NCBI GenBank assembly: GCA_964409535.1
Contig: CAYPDQ010000001.1
Location: 22,993-86,992 of the forward strand
Source of the DNA: an uncultured Candidatus Saccharibacteria bacterium
GTDB lineage: Bacteria > Patescibacteriota > Minisyncoccia > UBA6257 > 2-01-FULL-56-20
Reading direction: 5' to 3'
Length of the DNA stretch: 64,000 bases
Made by a program: the position numbers and the translations under genes. Numbering within the stretch: position 1 is the stretch's first letter; each line of letters begins with the position of its first letter. Under the pieces are notes generated by a model. That model worked only from the letters and a program-made list of their open reading frames with translations. It made no database searches and was not told the origin of the DNA. This document shows, one piece after another, positions 56,537 through 64,000 of this stretch.

Positions 56537-56812
56537 ATGCCCATCACTCAATCTGCAAAAAAAGCTCTGCGCCAGTCCGCGCGGCGGCGGGAAAGGAATC
56601 TGAAGGCGAAGAAAGCGCTGAAGTCGGCGGTGAAGGACTTGCGCCGCCTGGTTAAGGCCAAGCAGGGGGAAGATGCGGTGAAGCTCCTGCCCAAAACCTA
56701 CAAAGTACTGGATAAAGCCGCCAAAAACGGCGTAATAAAGAAGAACGCCGCGAGCCGCCTCAAATCGCGCCTCGCTCAACTTATCAATAAGTCCACCAGG
56801 ACCTCCTCGTAG
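56537..56812 (+). CDS. rpsT: 30S ribosomal protein S20
   Basis: MPITQSAKKALRQ, LDKAAK, NAASRLKSRL. Confidence 0.95.
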   Translation: MPITQSAKKALRQSARRRERNLKAKKALKSAVKDLRRLVKAKQGEDAVKLLPKTYKVLDKAAKNGVIKKNAASRLKSRLAQLINKSTRTSS

Positions 56813-57543
56813 TCGCACTTGCCGGACTTTACCGCCAGGTCGTAGGCCGCGAAGCGCGGTAATTTTTCCGGCCATTGATAGGCAAGGATATTGAATATCT
56901 TTCCCGCCGGTTCGTTCCTCGCGAAAAGCCCCTCCAGGGTCGTGAGGCGCCGACCTGGGTTTGGGCTTGTGAGTCCCTGCATCGTCTCCCAAAAGTCCGG
57001 AGTGAGTAGAACATCCAAACGCTCCAAGTCCTCACGCTTTATAGTCCGTCGCGGGAGAAGAGAAAGTTTTTGGAGTTCGGTCATAAGCCGCCAGCTGTCA
57101 CCTTCGTAAGCCGCCGCCAGAAATTCAAACGCGGCTGGTGCGAGTTCCACGCTCAAATCCCCGGCCGCCTGCTTTATGAACGCCCGCCAGGACGCGCTCT
57201 TAAGGAGGGGGAATTCCTGGGTGAGGCCGCTCGCTAAGCCCTTCGGCGGTTTCTCCGAATCAGATATAAGCAGGGTGGCCGCTTTATCTTTGGAAAACTT
57301 TTTTATTTCCTCCAGAAATTTTTTATCCGAAACTTCGGAAAGACCGGTCAAAACCGCGAGTTTAAACGGCTCAAACATTGACTGGTTGCCGACAAAATCC
57401 CGGAATCTCGCAAGCGCGCCCTCCTCGGAAAGATCAAAAAATCCTACCCCTAAGCCGGAATGTTTTTTGCGGAACTCGGCGATCAGTTCCCGCTTCTTTT
57501 GTTCCCGCCGATAATCATCCGGGCCATATAGGAAAACGATCAT
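56776..57543 (-). CDS. holA: DNA polymerase III delta subunit
   Basis: FLYGPDDY, ELQKL, DLAVKSG; convergent with rpsT. Confidence 0.78.
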   Translation of the reverse strand: MIVFLYGPDDYRREQKKRELIAEFRKKHSGLGVGFFDLSEEGALARFRDFVGNQSMFEPFKLAVLTGLSEVSDKKFLEEIKKFSKDKAATLLISDSEKPPKGLASGLTQEFPLLKSASWRAFIKQAAGDLSVELAPAAFEFLAAAYEGDSWRLMTELQKLSLLPRRTIKREDLERLDVLLTPDFWETMQGLTSPNPGRRLTTLEGLFARNEPAGKIFNILAYQWPEKLPRFAAYDLAVKSGKCDYEEVLVDLLIS

Positions 57544-59210
57544 CTCTTTGCGGCCGCCTTCATAAACTCAACGAAAAGAGGGTGCGGGCGGAGGGGACGG
57601 GATTTCAGTTCCGGGTGGAATTGGGTACCGAGGAAAAACGGATGCGCGTTCCGCGGCAACTCCGCTATTTCCATAAGTCGTCTGTCCGGGGAGACGCCAG
57701 AGAAAACCAACCCTTTTCTCTCTAAGCGTTTAGTGTATGCGGGATTCACTTCATAGCGATGGCGGTGGCGCTCGGAGATCACCATATTGGACCTATTGGT
57801 CCTATAGGACTTATCGGACCTATAGGAGCCGTAAGCCGTAGTTCCGGGCTTGAGCCGCGCCGGCCAGGCGCCCAAGCGCATAGTCGCCCCGTAGTGCTTC
57901 TCCGCAACGTTCTTTTTCTGCTCCGGCATTATGTCTATGACCGGATGCGGCGTCTTGGGACTTATCTCCGTAGTATGCGCGCCCCGCAGTTTCAGGACGT
58001 CCCGCGCGAACTCCACGACTGCGAGTTGCATGCCGTAGCACAGGCCAAAGTACGGGATTTTGTTTTCCCGGCAGTATCTCACAGCGGCAATCTTCCCTTC
58101 CACCCCGCGGCTGCCGAAACCGCCGGGAACGATTACGCCGTTATAACCAGAAAGCTCTTTGACGCTTTTCGGATTTTTCTCAAACTTCTCCGAGTCCAAC
58201 CAGACGATCTCGGGCTTCGCCCCGACCGCGGCCCCGGCGTGTTTTACCGCCTCAATAACCGAAATATAGGAGTCCTCCAAAACGAAATCCCCCGTGCCGA
58301 AATACTTGCCGACGATGCCGATTTTGACCGCGCGCTTCGCGTCCTTCGCCGCAAGGACCTTCTTCCGCCACTCCCGCATATCCTTCCGCCGGGTCTTAAG
58401 CCCCAAGCGGGTAAGCAGCTTTTCGCCCAAGCGATCTTTCTCAAAGTTCAGCGGCACCTCGTATACGCTTGAGACGTTCGGAGCGGAGATCACACAGCCC
58501 CGCGGGATGCTGCACATAAACTCAATTTTCTCCTTGCGCTTCTCATCCAGTGGCACCGCTGCCCGGGCGAGGATCATATCCGGGTGGACGCCGACGGAAT
58601 TCAAGCTCCGGACCGCGTGCTGGGTCGGCTTGGTTTTGAGCTCCGTCCCGCCCGCGCCCAGAGCCGGCAGGAAGCTCACAAGCACCAGGACCACGTCCTC
58701 CGGGCTTTTGATCTTCAGCATCCTCACCGCCTCCAGGAAAAGGATGTTCTCATACTCCCCGGCGGTGCCGCCGACCTCCACGATCGCGATCTCCGCCTTG
58801 TCTTTTTTGGCCGCGCGGTTTATCCGGTCAATGACCTCCAGCGGTATCCGCGGGACCACTTCCACCTGCTTGCCGCCGTATTCCAGATTGCGCTCCCGCT
58901 GTATCACCGAGAGATATACGCTACCGGTCGTCATATAGTTCGCCCGGCTCATATCCCGGTTCAAGAAGCGCTCGTAGTTGCCCATATCCTGATCGCACTC
59001 CGTGCCGTCATCCAAAACAAAAACCTCACCGTGTTCGGTGGGGTTCATTGTTCCGGCATCCACATTCACATAGGGATCAATTTTGAGGGCGGTCACCCCG
59101 TAGCCCCGGGACTGCAGGATCTTCCCGATGGCCGAGGCGGCGATGCCCTTGCCGACCCCGGACATCACGCCCCCGACCACGAATATGTACTTTGGTGTTT
59201 TACGTTTCAT
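57540..59210 (-). CDS. pyrG: CTP synthase
   Basis: GGVMSGVGKG, KTKPTQ, GLCYGMQ, QFHPE. Confidence 0.97.
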   Translation of the reverse strand: MKRKTPKYIFVVGGVMSGVGKGIAASAIGKILQSRGYGVTALKIDPYVNVDAGTMNPTEHGEVFVLDDGTECDQDMGNYERFLNRDMSRANYMTTGSVYLSVIQRERNLEYGGKQVEVVPRIPLEVIDRINRAAKKDKAEIAIVEVGGTAGEYENILFLEAVRMLKIKSPEDVVLVLVSFLPALGAGGTELKTKPTQHAVRSLNSVGVHPDMILARAAVPLDEKRKEKIEFMCSIPRGCVISAPNVSSVYEVPLNFEKDRLGEKLLTRLGLKTRRKDMREWRKKVLAAKDAKRAVKIGIVGKYFGTGDFVLEDSYISVIEAVKHAGAAVGAKPEIVWLDSEKFEKNPKSVKELSGYNGVIVPGGFGSRGVEGKIAAVRYCRENKIPYFGLCYGMQLAVVEFARDVLKLRGAHTTEISPKTPHPVIDIMPEQKKNVAEKHYGATMRLGAWPARLKPGTTAYGSYRSDKSYRTNRSNMVISERHRHRYEVNPAYTKRLERKGLVFSGVSPDRRLMEIAELPRNAHPFFLGTQFHPELKSRPLRPHPLFVEFMKAAAKR

Positions 59211-59229
59211 GTTTCACGCTGCGTGTCCC

Positions 59230-60561
59230 CTATTCCACTGCCACTTCCTTGCGCGGCACAAGCGCGGGGTCGGTCGGCAGGATGAAATAGAATGTGCTGC
59301 CGCGGCCGAGCTCCGACTCCGCCCACATCTCGCCGCCGTGCGCCCGGATGATGTTCCTCGCAATGTAGAGACCGAGCCCCGAGCCCTCGGTCTGGAATTT
59401 CAAAGCATTTGAGCTGCGGAAGAACTTGGTGAAAACCCTGGGCACCTCCTCCGAAGGTATCCCGATGCCCGTGTCCTTCACGCTAACCTCCACGTAGGGC
59501 TTGTCCGGAAGCGGAGCCGCCTTCACTGTGACGCTGCCGCCCTGGACATTATAGCGCACCGCGTTGTCCACAAGGTTCTGGACGACCATAGAGAGCTTCT
59601 GCGGGTCGATCGTAAGCTGGAGCAGTTTCTCCTTCGGCCGGTCAAAGTATAACTTCAGACCGGCGCGCTCCACCTGCGGCATGGCTTCCGTGAGGATCTT
59701 ATCCAAGAAAGGAACAATGTCCGCCGTCTCAAAGTTGTAGCCGAAGCGCCCTTCCTCGATCCTCGTTGTGTCAAGCAGATCCTCCACCAGGTTCATTAGC
59801 TTGCGGGAAGAGGTAAGGGTTTTTTTGACCAGTTCTCTCGTTGCGTCGTTCAAGCCCTCTTCCCCGGCGAGCGACTCCAGCGCCCAGTTGATCTCGCTTA
59901 TCGGCGTGCGCAACTGGTGGGAGGCGACGGTGATGAAATCGGTCTTGGCTCGGAGGAGGGTTATCTCCCGGGTGCGATTGCGGATTATTTTCATAAAGCC
60001 CAGGAGCTTGCCGCTCGCGTCCGCGATCGGCGCGGTCGCGACCCGCAACTCCAAAACCGGCGCGCCGAAAGACAAATCCGTAACCTGGGGGTACTCCCCC
60101 GGCTTGGAGCGGGGAGCGACGACCGGCGCCAAGGACGGGAACATCACCTGGGCAAGGAGCCGGCTCCTTTCGTTCTCCACATCCTGGGGCGTGAGCCGCC
60201 GGCCGATGACCTCCTCCGCCTTGAGGCCGAATATCGTTTCTGCGGCGGAATTAAAAAAGGAAACGACGAGGTTCTGGTCGTAAACCACTATTCCGTCCTC
60301 CAATCCCAGAACTATCCCCTTAAGCTTATTGCGTTCCAACTGCACATCCCGATTCAGTTTCGCCGTCCAAGTGGAGGTAAAGAAAACCGCGACCCCGACG
60401 AATACGAGCAAGCTCCCGGTGAGGAGCGGCCAGGGAAACGGCAGGAAGAGAATTTCCACGGCCAAAACCGCGAGGAGGAGGGGCAAGAGAAGCCAGAAAG
60501 CCTGCATCTCCCTGGCGCGCAGGAAAAGACCGGAGCCGAGGAATCTTTTGAAAAAACTCAT
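59230..60561 (-). CDS. PAS-domain sensor histidine kinase
   Basis: SHQLRTP, NLVDNA, DTGIG, GSGLGL. Confidence 0.92.
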   Translation of the reverse strand: MSFFKRFLGSGLFLRAREMQAFWLLLPLLLAVLAVEILFLPFPWPLLTGSLLVFVGVAVFFTSTWTAKLNRDVQLERNKLKGIVLGLEDGIVVYDQNLVVSFFNSAAETIFGLKAEEVIGRRLTPQDVENERSRLLAQVMFPSLAPVVAPRSKPGEYPQVTDLSFGAPVLELRVATAPIADASGKLLGFMKIIRNRTREITLLRAKTDFITVASHQLRTPISEINWALESLAGEEGLNDATRELVKKTLTSSRKLMNLVEDLLDTTRIEEGRFGYNFETADIVPFLDKILTEAMPQVERAGLKLYFDRPKEKLLQLTIDPQKLSMVVQNLVDNAVRYNVQGGSVTVKAAPLPDKPYVEVSVKDTGIGIPSEEVPRVFTKFFRSSNALKFQTEGSGLGLYIARNIIRAHGGEMWAESELGRGSTFYFILPTDPALVPRKEVAVE

Positions 60562-60577
60562 TGCGTATATTCTAACA

Positions 60578-61480
60578 TTAAAAAATACTCCCCTGCGATG
60601 AGTTCTTGGCCAGCCGAGCGCCGTTTTGCATCCGCTTGATCAACGTCTCAAACCCCAGCTCCCTGAAATAGTCGGCGAGCTTCGCGGAGTCAAACTTGGG
60701 CGTCAAAGCCGCTATACTTTTCGCTCCGCCCCCGTCCCCGCTCTGGAGCGTGACCAGCTCCCGGTTCAGCTCCAGCTCCTTTTTGTACGGGAAAATTTTC
60801 TCCTTGAACCTTTTGTACTTCTCCGGACTTTTGAAGAACGTTTCCAGGCTTCCGACCTCGGAAAGTATTGCCTGGGCGGTTTTGGGCCCCACCCCCGGCA
60901 CACCTTTCACGTTATCCGACGGGTCGCCGACCAGTGCTTTGTAGTCAACCATCTGCTCCGGCTTCAGGCCGTACCTAACTCTGACCGCTTCCGTGTCGTA
61001 GGTCTGCGTCTCGCTCACTCCTTTCTTGAACGTGCGCACGACGACCTTGTCTCCGCGGACGAGCTGGAGGGTGTCCAGATCGCCGGTCAGGATTACAACC
61101 TTAACCTCCGGCTCCTTGCCAAATTTTCTTGCGAGAACCGCGATCAGGTCGTCCGCCTCCATCCCGGGCTCGTCAAACGTTTTCACGCCGAACTTGCGGA
61201 AAAGCTCCGGCGCTTCAATAAGCTGGGAAACGAGTTCCGTGGGCGTCGGCGGCCGGTGAGCTTTGTACTCCGGGTATTTTTCTTCCCGGAAGGTCGGCTC
61301 CGGCCGGTCAAAGCAGGCGGCGACGTAGTCCGGTTTACCCTCCCGGAAAATCTTGAGAAGCACGCTCGCCAAGCCGTACAAGGCACCCGTCGGCCTCCCG
61401 TCCGGCGCGGTCAAAGGCGGCAGAGCGTGGAACGCGCGGTGGATGATAGAGTTGGCATCGATGAGGAGAAGGGTCTTCAT
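60578..61480 (-). CDS. Stand-alone 5'-3' exonuclease (PolA N-terminal-like)
   Basis: LIDANS, YKAHR, EADD, GDLD, GDPSDN. Confidence 0.9.
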   Translation of the reverse strand: MKTLLLIDANSIIHRAFHALPPLTAPDGRPTGALYGLASVLLKIFREGKPDYVAACFDRPEPTFREEKYPEYKAHRPPTPTELVSQLIEAPELFRKFGVKTFDEPGMEADDLIAVLARKFGKEPEVKVVILTGDLDTLQLVRGDKVVVRTFKKGVSETQTYDTEAVRVRYGLKPEQMVDYKALVGDPSDNVKGVPGVGPKTAQAILSEVGSLETFFKSPEKYKRFKEKIFPYKKELELNRELVTLQSGDGGGAKSIAALTPKFDSAKLADYFRELGFETLIKRMQNGARLAKNSSQGSIF

Positions 61481-61504
61481 AAGTTTAAAACGCAAATATC
61501 AAAG

Positions 61505-61942
61505 TTAAAAATTTATGATTTTTAAATTTTTAATTTCTATCACCCGTTCGTTTTCCTTTCTCCCGTGTTTGAGCTTCACCCAAACTGCGTTCTTTGGTAT
61601 TAGGCGTCCCACCTTCTCCGCCCACTCCACGAGCACGATGTTCCGCGGGTCAGCCACTATTTCCTTGAACCCCAACTCTTCTAACTCCTGCGGTTTCTTC
61701 AGACGGTACGCGTCCACGTGGTAAACGTTGCCGAACCGCCGCATAAGAATGAACGTAGGACTCGCCGCCCTGCGCCGGATACCCAAGCTGCTCAAGAATC
61801 CCTGAACAAAAGTGGTTTTGCCCGCGCCGAGCTCCCCGGTCAGGGCGAAAACCCTATAACGGGATTTTGTCTTCGTCTTCCGCGCGAGGCGCCCCGCTAA
61901 TCGTTTCGTCTCCTCCGAAGAAAAACTGCGATAAGTGGCCAT
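61505..61942 (-). CDS. tsaE: t6A biosynthesis ATPase
   Basis: GELGAGKTT, SPTF, HVDAYRL, VEW. Confidence 0.92.
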   Translation of the reverse strand: MATYRSFSSEETKRLAGRLARKTKTKSRYRVFALTGELGAGKTTFVQGFLSSLGIRRRAASPTFILMRRFGNVYHVDAYRLKKPQELEELGFKEIVADPRNIVLVEWAEKVGRLIPKNAVWVKLKHGRKENERVIEIKNLKIINF

Positions 61943-61959
61943 AGTCCTTTGCGGCACCA

Positions 61960-62961
61960 TCAAAGCAACTCTCCGGGTCTTTTTATGCCAAGATGCTCGT
62001 AGGCGGCAGCCAAAACCACCCGGCCGGCGGGGGTGCGCTGGAGAAAACCCAAGCTCATAAGATACGGCTCATAGATGTCTTCAATCACCCCTTTTTCGTC
62101 GCTCAGGGCCGCCGCGAGAGTGCTAAGACCCACCGGCCCGCCGCCGAACTTGCCAATAATGATCTCCAGAAGCCGCCTGTCTTGAGGCTCCAGACCGCGC
62201 TCATCGATATCCAAAAGCTCCAAGGTCTTTCTCGCAACCGCCGCGTCAATCTCGTTTTTGCCCTGGACCTCGGCATAGTCCCGGGCACGTTTCAGAAGCC
62301 GGTTCGCGACCCGCGGCGTTGCGCGGGAGGCCCGGGCGAGGATCTCGACCGCTTCCGGAGAAATGTTCGCGCCCAAGATCGCCGCGGAGCGCGAGAGGAT
62401 CCTCTTGATGTCCTCCAAAGAGTAATACTCCAACCGGAAAGTCGCGCCGAAGCGCGAGCGCAGGGGCTGGGACAAGAGATTCTCCCGCGTGGTCGCGGCA
62501 ATGAGGGTAAATGGCGGCAAGTCCAAGTTCAAACTGCGCGCGGATGGACCCTTGCCGACCATGAGATGGAGTTTCCGCACCTCCATCGCCGGGTACAAAA
62601 CTTCCTCGATCAAGTGGTTTATCCGGTGTGCCTCGTCTATGAATAAAATGTCCTGCGGTTCCAGGTTGGTGAGGATGGCGGCGATGTCGCCCATCTTCTC
62701 CAGAGCCGGGCCGGAGGTGGTCTTGACCGCACCTCCCAATTCACGCGCGACGAGGTAAGCCAAGGTGGTTTTGCCCAGCCCGGCTTGCCCGCAGAAAAGA
62801 ACGTGATCCATCGCCTCGCCGCGCTTCTTCGCGGCCTCGATTATTATCCGGAGGTTTTTCTTGGTCTTGTCCTGACCAACGTACTCCGTCCAGGAGGCGG
62901 GCCGGAGCGCCTGCTCGACGCTCGAATCATCTCCGTTTCCGTTTTTAGGCCTGTTTTTCAT
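61960..62961 (-). CDS. ruvB: Holliday junction DNA helicase
   Basis: LRP..YVGQ, GLGKTT, FIDEAHR, TPRVANRLL. Confidence 0.97.
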   Translation of the reverse strand: MKNRPKNGNGDDSSVEQALRPASWTEYVGQDKTKKNLRIIIEAAKKRGEAMDHVLFCGQAGLGKTTLAYLVARELGGAVKTTSGPALEKMGDIAAILTNLEPQDILFIDEAHRINHLIEEVLYPAMEVRKLHLMVGKGPSARSLNLDLPPFTLIAATTRENLLSQPLRSRFGATFRLEYYSLEDIKRILSRSAAILGANISPEAVEILARASRATPRVANRLLKRARDYAEVQGKNEIDAAVARKTLELLDIDERGLEPQDRRLLEIIIGKFGGGPVGLSTLAAALSDEKGVIEDIYEPYLMSLGFLQRTPAGRVVLAAAYEHLGIKRPGELL

Positions 62962-63229
62962 ACTTTTTTACACCTTGACAATAAGTGATTTATATGCTAA
63001 GATGTCTGCCGTTAACGTTGCCGGCCCAAACCTGGGGGCAGGAATTGTTTTATGTTAAGGACGGCTTGGTTTCGGCGAAGCCGCTCCTCGAAGCAATTCT
63101 AACCTCTTTTAACTACGTTAAAAAGAGACCCTTCTATCCCCGTTTATTCGGGAATAGCCCCCAGATCTGGTCCGGCAATCCCGACGTTTTGGTCGGCACC
63201 CCGACCTCCACAAGGAGCGTCGGGGTTTC

Positions 63230-64000
63230 CTATTTCTCCCACTTGATAGGGCCAGTGATCCTCTCTACTTCCTCTAAGCTGGTTATGCCGGTGATTGACT
63301 TCAAAATCCCGTCTTCCTGGAGGGTCACGATCCCCTGTTCCTGCGCCAGTTTCCACAGCGCCACTTCCGACGCATCTTTCAAGATCAGCTCTTGCATTTC
63401 CGGCCCGCCTTCCAAAAATTCAAATATGCCGATGCGGCCCTTATAGCCGGTGCCGTTGCACTCCGCGCAGCCGGCCGGAGCGTAGAGGACCGGCTTTCTG
63501 TAGCCGTCCTTCTCTACTCTTGAAGGAAGTTTTTGAAGGAACACGGCGATCTTGCTTTTCAATTCCGGCGCGAGTTCCAGTTCTTTCTTGCACGCGGGAC
63601 AGAGCTTCCGGACCAATCTTTGGGCGATGACCAAAGAAAGCGCCGGGCCCACCGTTTGCGGTTTGGCGTTCAAATTCAAAAGCCGCGGCACGGCGCCGAT
63701 CGCGTCGTTCGTGTGAAGCGTGGACAAAACCATATGCCCGGTGAGAGACGCCTGGAGAGCGATATCCGCCGTCTCGGCGTCGCGGATCTCGCCGACCAGA
63801 ATTACGTCCGGGTCCTGGCGCATTATGGAGCGCAGGCCGCCGGCGAAAGTGTAGCCCACCTCCGTGTTGGTCTGGGTCTGCTCAATGCCCTCTATCCGGT
63901 ACTCTATCGGGTCCTCAATCGTGATTATCTTTATCTCCGGGCTGTTCATATGCCGCAGGAAGGCGTACAGGGTCGTGGTCTTGCCGCTGCCGGTCGGGCC
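63230..64000 (-). CDS. GspE/PilB-type ATPase (5' end outside the window)
   Basis: Walker A GPTGSGKTT at the edge, EDPIEY, RQDPD, STLHTND, CxxC pairs. Confidence 0.93.
   Translation of the reverse strand, partial: GPTGSGKTTTLYAFLRHMNSPEIKIITIEDPIEYRIEGIEQTQTNTEVGYTFAGGLRSIMRQDPDVILVGEIRDAETADIALQASLTGHMVLSTLHTNDAIGAVPRLLNLNAKPQTVGPALSLVIAQRLVRKLCPACKKELELAPELKSKIAVFLQKLPSRVEKDGYRKPVLYAPAGCAECNGTGYKGRIGIFEFLEGGPEMQELILKDASEVALWKLAQEQGIVTLQEDGILKSITGITSLEEVERITGPIKWEK

Noticed and set aside
62985-63229. ORFs 62985..63446 and 63144..63356
   Set aside because: No recognisable motifs; they overlap the PilB-like gene and a palindromic repeat.

Overview
Bacterial chromosomal segment, most likely from a Patescibacteria/CPR (Parcubacteria-like) genome. 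This assignment is inferred from gene content, code 11, and many -10 boxes sitting just upstream of start codons. Bases 1-19.9 kb are a surface-glycan locus: NDP-sugar enzymes, a split transketolase, methyl- and glycosyltransferases and an O-antigen ligase. Bases 20-64 kb are mostly housekeeping genes (rny, gpmI, secG, rnj, ileS, argS, smpB, tmRNA, infC-rpmI-rplT, polX, murE, ruvA/B, rpsT, holA, pyrG, tsaE, a PilB-like ATPase) plus tRNA-Leu(CAG) and tRNA-Arg(CCG). The main discovery is a family of five elements bounded by TCCCGTTAGA...TCTAACGGGA inverted repeats and 4-bp target duplications. One copy carries only a small GIY-YIG nuclease gene. The other four are short non-coding derivatives that sit in frame in genes or rebuild start/stop codons. 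Other notable items are a 96-bp element that regenerates the tmRNA 5' end, a 2.2-kb serine-recombinase element at tRNA-Arg whose recombinase C-terminus appears split by the att site, two homologous structured repeats flanking gpmI, and many palindromic and heptamer inserts inside essential proteins. All calls were made by eye; no database search or folding program was run.
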